This document shows positions 1 to 9,289 of a stretch of 20,000 nucleotides of DNA, in pieces. The notes under the pieces were generated by a model. That model searched no databases and was not told the DNA's origin. It worked only from the letters and a program-made list of their open reading frames with translations. Source of the stretch: Piedraia hortae CBS 480.64 (Eukaryota). The position numbers and the translations under genes are program-made. Every line of letters begins with the position of its first letter. Position 1 is the first letter of the stretch. The DNA lies in NCBI GenBank assembly GCA_010093745.1, contig MU005969.1, positions 301,502 through 321,501 on the forward strand. Reading direction: 5' to 3'.

Positions 1-1356
1 TTGTTGGTGCGGGGGTCATTGGTGCGGGCTATCTGGTGGGACAATATGTCCTGTCCAAGCTCCAAGAAGCGCGTCAACGCATGACCGAGGATCGTGTGGC
101 AAAGGAAAAGTGAGTAGCTGCTGTAGTGCAGGAACTATTGTTAACTGTCCAGTCTCCAGCGCCGCTTCAGGCAAAATCAAGAAGACTGCACCTACACCGT
201 GCTAGCGCTTCTTCCAACAGTCCGAGAGGAAGTCTTTAGCGCATTACCAGTGGAACAAATCAGTGAGCAATTGCAGCAGGAGAGACAGGAGAGATTACAA
301 AGAGGAGGAGTGCGATCAGATGCATCTTCCGTTCCCGATGAAGACAAAAGCGTTACATCCAGCGGCTATGTTGATGCAGCAGCAGAACATTCACCGCCAC
401 GACGGAAAAGGGCGGAGCTGTGGGAAGAAATGAAAATCAATTCCATTGTCAGAGCTTTGACTTTGCTCTATACCTTGTCCCTGCTAACGCTTTTGACGAG
501 AATCCAGCTGAATCTGCTTGGGCGAAGGACATACCTGTCCTCTGTTGTCGCTCTGGCTGCTCCGCCAGATATTCAGGGTTCAACAAAGATATCTCTGGAG
601 AACCGCGATGATGATGGCTACGAAGTCTATGGAAATGATTTTGAGACCAATCGCAAATACCTTACATTTAGCTGGTGGTTGCTCCACCGGGGCAGTCTGC
701 AGATCATGAATCGCGTTCGAGAAGCCGTGGAAGAGGTATTTGGGTGGGTCAACATTCGAGAGGAGGTGACAATGGAACGGCTGTCCGAGCTCATCATGGA
801 TGTCCGTCGAAAAGTCGAGGGCGCTACTGAAGACGAAAGGCTGGAGACCCAGTGGCTGCCATACCTACTTCCTTCTAAAAGCGAAGAGGCTGATGTCATT
901 CGACAGGCCGGGTCAACAGATGATTCAACTGACATTAACCCTTCGCTAAGACGCCTACTTGAAGAGACTTCGGACCTCATTGAATCTCCACCGTTCACCC
1001 AAGTATTGACTCATACTTTGGACTTTACATATTCGCATCTCGTCGACCACTACGTCGCGATTGAGGCATTCAAGCAAGTTAAGATAAAGAAGCTGGCCCA
1101 CATTCTGCCCGTGTTCTGTCGACAAGCGCATTTCATCTCAACAGGCAGCGGAGACGTGGCCAACGAAGAAAACGAATACCTCTGTGCAATCGACAAGACA
1201 CGCGAGCTGGAGGCATTCGCCGCAATTATCTACTCTAGCAATTTTGAGTACGAGATTGAGACCAAGGCTGACGTTGGCAACGGCGTAGCGCTGGAACATG
1301 CGTGGAAACGGGCGCTAGCGGAAGAGGATGGAACACTGGTGGACTCCGGCCAATAG
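1..1356 (+). CDS. PEX3: Peroxin-3 (peroxisomal membrane biogenesis factor), 5'-partial; exons <1..109 and 153..1356
   Basis: Frame from nt 3 reads VGAGVIGAGYLVGQYVLSKLQEARQRMTEDRVAKE. Splicing 110-152 continues it as N-LQRRFRQNQEDCTYTVLALLP, the Pex3 signature. Also ELWEEMKINSI, LLTRIQLNLLGRR and YLTFSWWLLHRG. Start codon lies upstream of the window. Confidence 0.95.
110..152 (+). other. Spliceosomal intron of PEX3 (43 nt, phase 2)
   Basis: GTGAGT donor at 110, GTTAAC branch-like site at 140-145, CAG acceptor ending at 152; removal restores the conserved KENLxRRF motif in frame. Confidence 0.92.
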
Positions 1357-1373
1357 CATCCTGGTACGGGCAG

Positions 1374-1520
1374 CCCCGCCTTGGTCCTGACGCTCCAACC
1401 TCGGCTCATGATGGCGTCGGCAGCCGTTTCGAGTAATTCGACTAATCACCCCCGCCCCGCCCCGCGCCGCCACTTGGGCCAAGCTTTTTCCGCACTTCAT
1501 CAAAAACAGCGATACCCCAC
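1374..1520 (-). promoter_or_regulatory. Cluster of five SYGGRG (CreA/Mig1-type) sites upstream of the sugar transporter
   Basis: CCCCGC at 1374, 1450, 1455 and 1460 and CCCCAC at 1515 (reverse complements GCGGGG/GTGGGG), all within the 200 bp between the PEX3 stop and the transporter ATG. Confidence 0.5.
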
Positions 1521-1556
1521 GTTTGGATCGTCACCTTCTCTTCTTTTATCTGCAGC

Positions 1557-3134
1557 ATGCTCACTGCAAAGTCCCGGGATGATGCCAATGGGGTTCCCCA
1601 TTTTATGGGCCTCACAGGCAAAAAGCTCAACCTCATGGTGTCTACCGTCGCGACTTGCGGATTCTTACTATTTGGTTACGATCAGGGAATCATGTCTGGC
1701 ATAATTGGCGCGCCAGTGTTCAACAACTACTTTCCTAAAACCAAAAACAATCCAACCTGGCAAGGCTTTGTTACGGCCATCTATGAAATCGGATGCCTTG
1801 CCGGCGCAATCTTTCAACTTCTGATGGGCGACCGATTTGGTCGTCGTCGGTCTATAATCTTGGGCGCATTTATCATGGCTCTTGGCGTCATCATTCAGGT
1901 TACCAGCTTCAAAGGCCATGCGGCAACTGCGCAGTTCATCATTGGACGGGTTGTCACTGGGGTAGGCAATGGAATCAACACTTCGACCATTCCCACATAC
2001 CAAGCCGAGTGTTCCCGCTCCACCAATCGCGGTCTTCTTATTTGCATCGAAGGCGGCGTGATTGCGTTTGGCACGTTGATCGCCTACTGGCTCGACTACG
2101 GTGCCAGCTACGGGCCTGATGAAATGACATGGCGATTGCCAATTGCATTCCAGCTCGTCTTTGCCATGATTATCGTGACGGGCATGTTGAATCTGCCCGA
2201 ATCACCTCGTTGGCTCCTGACCAGGGGGCGTCGTGAGGAAGCGAACGCGGTTCTTGCCGCCCTTCGCGGAACTACGCGCGATGCTGAAGAAGTCCAGACG
2301 CAAATGACGGTCATCACAGACAGCATTGAAGCTTCTGGTCACGTCGGGGGCAACACACCCATGCGTGCTCTCTTTACCGGCGGCAAAACCCAGCATTTCC
2401 GGCGCATGATGCTTGGAGTGTCGAGTCAATTCTTCCAGCAAATTGGCGGCTGCAATGCAGTCATCTACTACTTTCCCGTGCTCTTCCGCACCAGCATCCA
2501 TGCCAGCGCCAATCTGTCTCTCCTACTTGGCGGCGTCAACATGATTGTCTACTCCATCTTCGCAACAACATCTTGGTTTGTCATTGAGCGCATCGGGCGG
2601 CGGAAGCTGTTCCTAATCGGCAGCATTGGACAAGGGCTGTCCATGGTCCTCGTTTTCGGCGCGCTGATCCCGAAGACGGCCGTAGCCGCGAAGGCTGCAG
2701 CCGCAGGCTTCTTCACTTATATCGCCTTTTTCGGCGCGACCTGGCTGCCTCTACCGTGGCTTTACCCGGCCGAGATCAACCCAATCAAGACACGCGCCAA
2801 GGCAAATGCAGTCAGCACAATCAGCAATTGGCTCTTTAACTTCACGGTAGTCATGTTCACGCCTCCCTTTGTCGCCGGCAGCCCTTGGGGATGTTATGTC
2901 TTCTTCGCGGCTGTCAATGCAATGTTTGTACCCATCATCTACTTCTTCTACCCCGAGACGGCAGGGCGGAGTCTTGAAGAGATCGATCTCATATTTGCCA
3001 AGGGCTATGTCGAGAATATGAGCTATGTGCGGGCCGCCAAGGAGCTGCCCAAGCTCTCAGATGAGGAGATTGATATTAAGGCAAGGGAGTATGGCATGGT
3101 CGAGGAGATTGGCAAGGACAAGGCCGAGGCATAA
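1557..3134 (+). CDS. MFS sugar porter, STL1-like (glycerol/polyol/sugar:H+ symporter), 525 aa, intronless
   Basis: Motifs GFLLFGYDQG, DRFGRR, PTYQAEC, PESPRWL, QQIGGCNAVIYY, ERIGRR, PWLYPAEI and PETAGRSLEEID; about 12 hydrophobic segments; ATG with A at -3. Substrate is inferred from the family. Confidence 0.93.
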   Translation: MLTAKSRDDANGVPHFMGLTGKKLNLMVSTVATCGFLLFGYDQGIMSGIIGAPVFNNYFPKTKNNPTWQGFVTAIYEIGCLAGAIFQLLMGDRFGRRRSIILGAFIMALGVIIQVTSFKGHAATAQFIIGRVVTGVGNGINTSTIPTYQAECSRSTNRGLLICIEGGVIAFGTLIAYWLDYGASYGPDEMTWRLPIAFQLVFAMIIVTGMLNLPESPRWLLTRGRREEANAVLAALRGTTRDAEEVQTQMTVITDSIEASGHVGGNTPMRALFTGGKTQHFRRMMLGVSSQFFQQIGGCNAVIYYFPVLFRTSIHASANLSLLLGGVNMIVYSIFATTSWFVIERIGRRKLFLIGSIGQGLSMVLVFGALIPKTAVAAKAAAAGFFTYIAFFGATWLPLPWLYPAEINPIKTRAKANAVSTISNWLFNFTVVMFTPPFVAGSPWGCYVFFAAVNAMFVPIIYFFYPETAGRSLEEIDLIFAKGYVENMSYVRAAKELPKLSDEEIDIKAREYGMVEEIGKDKAEA

Positions 3135-3225
3135 TGCATATTGTATCATGTAGGGCTGGCTCACCTACTGAGTCTGATTGGCGTCTGAATATTGGAGGAA
3201 GAGAGGCAGTTTAGAATGGATAAAG

Positions 3226-4833
3226 TCAACCCAACTTCCTTTTTTTATTCTTAACCCCCTCATCCTCATTCCACGCCTTTGTAAAAACTTTCTCCTTGCC
3301 CTCAAATTTGAGTAGCGCCTCCCTTGGATCCTCATCCCTCAGTCCTGCAAGTGGGACATTCTTCCTCACATAGTCCTCATCGGGATTGAATCTTCCGAAC
3401 GGCGTTTGGACCGGAATGTCGGGCCTCCTGGGATCTTTGACACTCATCCTTTTCTTCTTGGGCGCCTCAACCTCGTCGCCCTGCGCGGCAGCCGTCAGAT
3501 CTAGGTTGACCGTATCGAGGGATTCGTCGACATGGACCTTTTTCGGAGCACGTGAGAGGACACCTAGGGCGCCATTTGAAGAAAGCTTGGGATCAAAGAG
3601 GACGGAAATTCTGCCATCCCCGCCGCCAACAAGAATCTGGTTCGTTTTCCCGTCCCATAGCACGGACGTCATGGCTGAGTCGTACACTTTGGTGCGCAAC
3701 TCCTCGGTCAAGGTGGCGGATTGAAGGATAACCAGTTCCCCCGTGGGAGACCCGTGCAGGAGATACATAGCATCGGGGGAAAATGAGAGGGCGGACGCTA
3801 CTCCGCCAGGGGAGGAGATTGTCTTGAGCGGCTGGGCCATTTGGCGTGTATCGAACAGCAGGATGCGCTCTGCAGATTGAGAGGCCAGGAGACGCGCATT
3901 GGCGCCGACACAAAGCGACATGCTCTTGCCTGATCCCTCGACCCAGTCCGGAGCAATTTTTGTCTTGGTCTGCGTTCGATTCGGGACGCGAATGTCCCAA
4001 TGTCCCAGTTCCCCATCGCGTGACAGCGCATATATGGCCGTCGCATCGCCCCAACCAACGGCTTCAAATGCAATGCGCCCTGGCCGTAGCATGATGGCGC
4101 TCTGCTTGCGCAGTGATGCCATTAGATCCCATACCCGCAACGTTCCATCTGTCCCCGCTGTGATGAATTCGGATGCCCTGCGCGCCGACCATGCTCCTCC
4201 GGTTATACCTGAGATGTGGCCCTTTGTGTTCCGCAGATCAGACAAATAGACGTCGCCCTTGACCGTTTCGGCCAGAGCGACACCGTCGCGTGAGAGAACT
4301 TTTGCGTTGGAAGTAGGTGTGATTACCAGTAGTTTCTGCGACGAGGAGTCGAATGAGGCGGACAGCACGGGCTGTAGCTCCACTCGCGCCGTCTCTGCCT
4401 CACGCGTAGCCACTTTGCTGCCTATGGCCCCGGGCTCAAGAATCGACGGCGTCACGCTTTTGAACGCCTTTAGCGTGCTTAAAGTCATGGATGAGAAGTC
4501 ATTGAACCCCAGCGTGCTATCCAACGATGCTGTTACGAGTCTGTTCCCTGAACCATCGACCGCAAGGCTTGTGATGCTCCGCGAGTGGCTGCTAGAGAGC
4601 GCCAGGCAGTGACTGGTCGGAAAAACCGGGTCCTGGTCTCCATCTTCTGAGGACTCATCTGACGAGTCTGCTGTCTTTCTCGTAATGTCCTTGCATTTCG
4701 CGGTCAGTGGTTGCCGTCTGGCGGATTCGATTTGCGCTCCAATATCAACGGCACAGTGGCGCGCACCGAAGCCTTTCGTGCCGAGAAACGACTGTAGCGC
4801 TTCTTCTTCTTCAATCTCGGGAGACGAGGACAT
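3226..4833 (-). CDS. WD40-repeat protein, WDR70/GAD-1 family
   Basis: Contains KGDVYLSDLRNTKGHISGIT and DEDPREALLKF, typical of WDR70, plus WD-type repeats (TAGTDGTLRVWD) and a basic C-terminus KNKKRKLG. The ORF-track start at 4905 is TTG; the likely ATG is 4833 (MSSSPEIEEE), alternatively 4845. Confidence 0.85.
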   Translation of the reverse strand: MSSSPEIEEEEALQSFLGTKGFGARHCAVDIGAQIESARRQPLTAKCKDITRKTADSSDESSEDGDQDPVFPTSHCLALSSSHSRSITSLAVDGSGNRLVTASLDSTLGFNDFSSMTLSTLKAFKSVTPSILEPGAIGSKVATREAETARVELQPVLSASFDSSSQKLLVITPTSNAKVLSRDGVALAETVKGDVYLSDLRNTKGHISGITGGAWSARRASEFITAGTDGTLRVWDLMASLRKQSAIMLRPGRIAFEAVGWGDATAIYALSRDGELGHWDIRVPNRTQTKTKIAPDWVEGSGKSMSLCVGANARLLASQSAERILLFDTRQMAQPLKTISSPGGVASALSFSPDAMYLLHGSPTGELVILQSATLTEELRTKVYDSAMTSVLWDGKTNQILVGGGDGRISVLFDPKLSSNGALGVLSRAPKKVHVDESLDTVNLDLTAAAQGDEVEAPKKKRMSVKDPRRPDIPVQTPFGRFNPDEDYVRKNVPLAGLRDEDPREALLKFEGKEKVFTKAWNEDEGVKNKKRKLG

Positions 4834-5396
4834 TAGAGTTAGCATCCATAGTCGTCCTGATGCTGCTATACAATAGGCGATGTTGGAAACGATTACGTAA
4901 TTCAATGCATGAAGGAGATTGGTCTAACCGTTTTTGGTCTTTACACAGAGAATGTGAACCTGGTCCACTGAACCACCAGTGCACCTCACTCACCCAGAAT
5001 AGCGGTGAAGAATATTGCTTTTCCGATAGTTGCTGGCTACTTATGCAAAAGAAATCGTCTTCAAGCATCGTCTCTGGTCTATGATGAGAATCACTGCAAC
5101 ACCCTGTATGCAGCCCGCAGAAAGTTGATCTCGCGATGCTCATGTTCGACTGCTTGCAGCGACCCATTCTCTGCACTACGGTTTCTCCTTCCCCCCAACC
5201 CACCCCGGAGCTATTCATCTAGAGACTCAGTGCCCATATACGAAGCTCAAAAAGATAAGTTTACCTTCACACGACACCTCATATCCTTCCATGAAATGAT
5301 CCCCATGTGTTGTGAGGCTGGCAAGATGTCTTGGAAACAGAGTCTACATAACACTGAAAGTTACGTAGGGCAGTTTTCTCTCCAAGTTGTATCTCG

Positions 5397-5942
5397 TCAC
5401 TCATTGGGATCTGATTTTATCCATCCTTGCGGTGTAGATATCTTCCAATCCCATGGATCCCCCACTTGATTTAGATACTTGCTCCATCGGTCGGCTGCTC
5501 CAAGTAACTCTGCCTTGGCCTCGGGACAATTTTCAAACTTCCTGCCTTTGTTCTTGCAAAGTTCTACCGCGTACTTTGCGTGTTTCAACCTTTGAATAAT
5601 GCCATCGTACGCCTGGGTCGCATTTGGTTCTCCGAAGTTGGCAAGCGGCTCATTGAACCATTTCCAATGGTGTCGCATCAAGCGTGCGTCGTCAAAACTT
5701 TTCGGATTCGGTGGCTCGCCGGCAGTGATTAAATGCGTGTATGACCTGCCCAAGTCCTCATCTGATGGCAAAGCATAAGTGGGGGATTTGAGAACCCTCT
5801 CTCTAGGCAAGGGATTTGCCCTGGGTAGAAAGCATATCGAGACTGTTTGCAAATGTTAAATTTACGCCAATAACAAGGCAAAGGGATGCATGCATAAGAG
5901 GAGAGTCACTAAAACGCTCTGGAGGACTGTGAATGGATTCAT
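5397..5942 (-). CDS. Small secreted protein, paralogue A (164 aa); exons 5942..5894 and 5842..5397
   Basis: ATG at 5942 in ACCAACATG context. Spliced N-terminus MNPFTVLQSVLVTLLLFSICFLPRA-NPLP looks like a signal peptide and joins the 5397-5852 ORF in frame. The C-terminal 62 aa align without gaps to the neighbouring gene. Requires a GC donor. Confidence 0.75.
5843..5893 (-). other. Putative GC-AG intron of paralogue A (51 nt, phase 1)
   Basis: Minus strand: GCATGC...TTTAAC...GCAAACAG. Same phase and position as the GTATGC intron of paralogue B. Unspliced read-through hits TAA. Confidence 0.65.
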
Positions 5943-6320
5943 GTTGGTGACGTATTTGGGCAAGGGGGCCAGCTCTTTCTCTTATCCACAGGCGTCATCT
6001 TACGTATGATACTCACAGTTCCTTGTTGCAAAACCTATGATATGACTGTACGCGCACGCTATTCCAGAATCTTCTACATAAGCGAATTCCTCTTTATAGC
6101 CAATTTTCAGTGCCCTTACTTTTGTCCCCAAGCACCCGTAGGTACCTGGACACAGCGGATTCCTGACATAGCGGACAGAAGTTTTCTGCTAGATCGATCC
6201 GCTACATCCAGGATCGACTGTAGATGATTCCATAACTAACCTGAATGGGCTGAACGTGCCCCTGATCGTATAATGGAAACTCACTGCTAGACAACCTCTC
6301 TATCGAACTCCCGAGGTTTT

Positions 6321-6801
6321 CTAGTGACTTTGAATATTTTCCAAAAACAAGCCCAGATACGGGTACGTGTATCGGTGGCCATCTTTGAACGTGATATCTT
6401 GTACCCACGGATTGCTGACAGCATTTGTGTAGTCTTTATACGCGTTGCTCACAACGTGCAGCAGGTGTCTTGCCTCCCAGCATTCTTCCAAGTTTTTCCC
6501 TTTCACTTTACAATTGTGTGCAGTCATCTTTGCTCGCATTAAGTACGCCATCGTGAGATTATAACTTTCCCTCGGAGGTCGATCATGTAGAGGGTTCAAA
6601 GTTGAGCCAGCAGTGGGAGGCTTGGTGGGAATGGGGCGGCGGAATGGACGCGGAGATCCTCCGTCCGAGATGGGAACAGCAATTGCTATCGGGACTAATT
6701 TCGAAGGTCAGAAGCTTTGGTTGCGATCCAGGAATGGAAATGAGAGGCTGCATACCTAGGAGGAACAACATGAGGCCTCGGAGGATGGCGAGCAAGTCCA
6801 T
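6321..6801 (-). CDS. Small secreted protein, paralogue B (139 aa); exons 6801..6756 and 6694..6321
   Basis: ATG at 6801 in CAAAAGATG context. Spliced product MDLLAILRGLMLFLLVPIAIA-VPISDGGSPRPFRRPIPTKPPTAGSTLNPLHDRPPRESYNL... has a signal-peptide-like N-terminus and joins ORF 6321-6599 in frame. Homologous to paralogue A. Confidence 0.85.
6695..6755 (-). other. Intron of paralogue B (61 nt, phase 1)
   Basis: Minus strand: GTATGC donor, TTCTGAC branch point, TAG acceptor; splicing creates an intact signal peptide and an open frame. Confidence 0.85.
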
Positions 6802-8324
6802 CTTTTGCTGATCGGGGCGTGAAAATTGTGTTGTGGTTTCGCACCACGAGTCAGGAAGTTGACTGCCAGAACCTCTGGCGGTATGAGGCGACAACCCTTC
6901 TGGGCCAGAGGGATTGAGTCAGACTCCTCGTTCATTCAGCAAACAAGAACAGAGCCCAGCACTTCGGATTGCGGAACATGAACTTACTCATCCGTGGTTC
7001 TGCTTCACCTTCTACACCCTCAGAGATGCCAGCTAATCAAGCCAATTAACTGTGAGTGCTCTCCAGTCTGTCTCAGTGGGGCTTGTCTCGTCACATTCCC
7101 GGACCAATATTCAAGGGCTTGGAACCCAAGGGCCTAGGTGTGTAACGATAGTGCCACCACTCTCCGGTTTGTTCGCTCAATTTAGACCACATTTCCTCGA
7201 TATAGCCCTTCCAGATACCATACGTCTTGCTCTGGCGAGTTCAAGTGGTATACGAGGCTAGAGAAATGAGCGCAAGCAACACGACGAGTTGTGAGTTCAA
7301 GATAGATTCGTTGAATTACTTGGATAATGATGTGATTCCATCTATTCTATTATGCTTTCAAGCAGATATCATATGCGCCGCATTTGGGTTAATAGCTGTC
7401 GCCGGGAGTGCAGTCCCATCGCCTCAATTTCTGCTTGGTCTCAGGTGGACGAACTTGCTTCGCGGATCCCTGCGATGACATCGATTTGATATACTCTTGA
7501 TACATAGAGGTCAAGGTCACGAAACTGGTCTGCAAGCATTTATGCATGGTTGGAACTGGTATCCTTTTTCGATTGACAAACTTGTCGTTGCCATGACTTT
7601 GGACGGAAAAATTACTAGTGGGCAACTAGTCTGTCTACTTGTCGAGTAGAATAATAGCCCAGCATGCTAACAGGCCCAGTTTTAGATATGTATCAGTCAC
7701 CTCCTTTTACCAGATTGTATCTTTTGCGTCTATGAGGCAACACACAAAACTGGGCTGATCAGATCACATTAGGCATTAATGTGTACACACGTCGGAGTTG
7801 CTTGCCTCCAAGAGCATGCAGCATCAAAAAATACTACTATGACCCTCAAAAGCTGGGGACCGAGTACTCCATGTGTGGTATTTGAGGTACGATTTCAATC
7901 AAGGCCGGGCGTTGGGATACTTTGGTATCTACACGACAATGTGGCAGTGTCGACTTTTACTCCGACTTACAGGTAAATTTATCGCCTAAATGGTTCGTCA
8001 AGCCACACGCAATAGACGCAAGCTGAAAAAGGGCACAGTAGGCACTAAGCCTTGCTCTCTGTACAAGAAGCTCAAAGGCTTACAGAAGGACAAGGCTGAA
8101 ACCGCCAATCCCAAAGATAGAACATAATCGATGGAAACAACTCCTTGTCAACCACAGCAAGTTTCGCAAAAAGGTACTTATCGCTTCCAACGGCATGAAT
8201 AATTCCTTCAAGTGTGGCAGTACAGCAAAATGAGCAGATCCGCCAACACCAGGATCCATTATCACCTCAGCCTCGGGCCCTGGGTATAAGTACGTGGTGA
8301 CGGCCTTCTCACCACACCCCCAAG

Positions 8325-9289
8325 ATGTATCCCAAATCACTTCTTCTAGCAGCCTGTACTTTTGCTCAGATATATGAGTGAGTTTCGTTCGCACCAAGGA
8401 CCATGCACTGCCAACTTACACAGCCAGTCCAATCCAGACATCATCAACCACAGATGCCAGCAGTTTATCCAGCGACGGCCCTTCTTCCCTCACATCTGCA
8501 CCGGTGTCGATCCCTACAGCTAGTCTTGTTCCCTCGTCAGTCCTCTCTGCAGACGCATCGTACTTTGAGACCTTTACTTCCAAGCCTCGTGTTCCTCAGC
8601 CAACCATGACGTTAGCCAACACCAGTACAGCAACGCCCTACCCCCCACCAAACACCACAGAGCCTCTCCCGACATCCGCGCTGCCGCACTTTGTCTCAAC
8701 CGTATTGGAGGCTGTATCGTCGGGAAAACATTTCTTGGGCAACCTTCCGAGTCCTTTACAGACGCAGCTCTCCAGCGCATGGGAGGCAGCCACGTCAGTC
8801 TACTCGAACCTCCCAACAGGTATCCGGAACGAGATGATCTCCGACCTGGCCGCCGCAACGTCATTCGTGCATGGCGCGTTGCCGTCTGAGATTAATCGCG
8901 AATTGGACAATGCGTGGAGCAAAGTCCTTAGCGATGCCAGCTCAGAGCTGGACACGGCGCATTCCTCGACAAGGACGGGCTTTCCGCCTTGGTTCACGGT
9001 GTTGCCCCCTGGTTTGAAGACGATTGTAATGGAACAGGTGATGGGAGAAGAGGGGCTCCAGCAATTGGCGACGGGTACGTCGAGAAGCGCCGCCTCGCAA
9101 AGCTCAACGCAGACGCAGAGTGATGTGGAAACGCCTACCACTACGGCTACTGTACTGGAGACTGCAGCAAATAACTTGACGAGCTTCTCGCTGGGTGTTT
9201 CTTCGGGGGCGAAGAGAGATCTGCATGCTGTTACGGTTGGGTCGGCGTTGCTTGCGGGGATAGTTTTGGGAGGCATGTTGATAGTCTGA
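8325..9289 (+). CDS. Ser/Thr-rich secreted, probably GPI-anchored cell-surface protein (304 aa); exons 8325..8377 and 8428..9289
   Basis: TATAAG at 8285; CCCAAGATG start. Exon 1 MYPKSLLLAACTFA-QIY is a short signal peptide; the GTGAGT..CAG intron joins it in frame to DPIQTSS. Two S/T-rich stretches; C-terminus SSGAKRDLHAVTVGSALLAGIVLGGMLIV fits a GPI signal (small residues, spacer, hydrophobic tail). Confidence 0.82.
8378..8427 (+). other. Intron of the GPI-type gene (50 nt, phase 2)
   Basis: GTGAGT donor (the ORF track's GTG 'start'). Of the two close acceptors, AG ending 8423 or 8427, only 8427 keeps the signal-peptide exon in frame. Branch point is weak (CTTAC). Confidence 0.7.

Noticed and set aside
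4707..5469. ORFs of 125-154 aa between the WDR70-like gene and paralogue A
   Set aside because: Composition looks random, they overlap real genes or the WDR70 promoter, and no motifs were recognised.
7227..7478. Plus-strand ORF containing a signal-peptide-like stretch ICAAFGLIAVAGSAVPSPQ
   Set aside because: No suitable start adjacent to the hydrophobic stretch and a stop about 16 codons later; cannot be supported as a gene.
7389..7560. Possible third paralogue: minus-strand MHKCLQTSFVTLTS..GTATCA resembles exon 1 of paralogue A (VLQSVLVTLLL)
   Set aside because: Donor would be phase 2, there is no convincing branch point, and I found no downstream frame with the CKxKG/ExCxEA/PW motifs; the similarity is too short.
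7674..7755. 10-bp inverted repeat GCCCAGTTTT / AAAACTGGGC
   Set aside because: Length is compatible with chance in 20 kb; no target-site duplication or other support.
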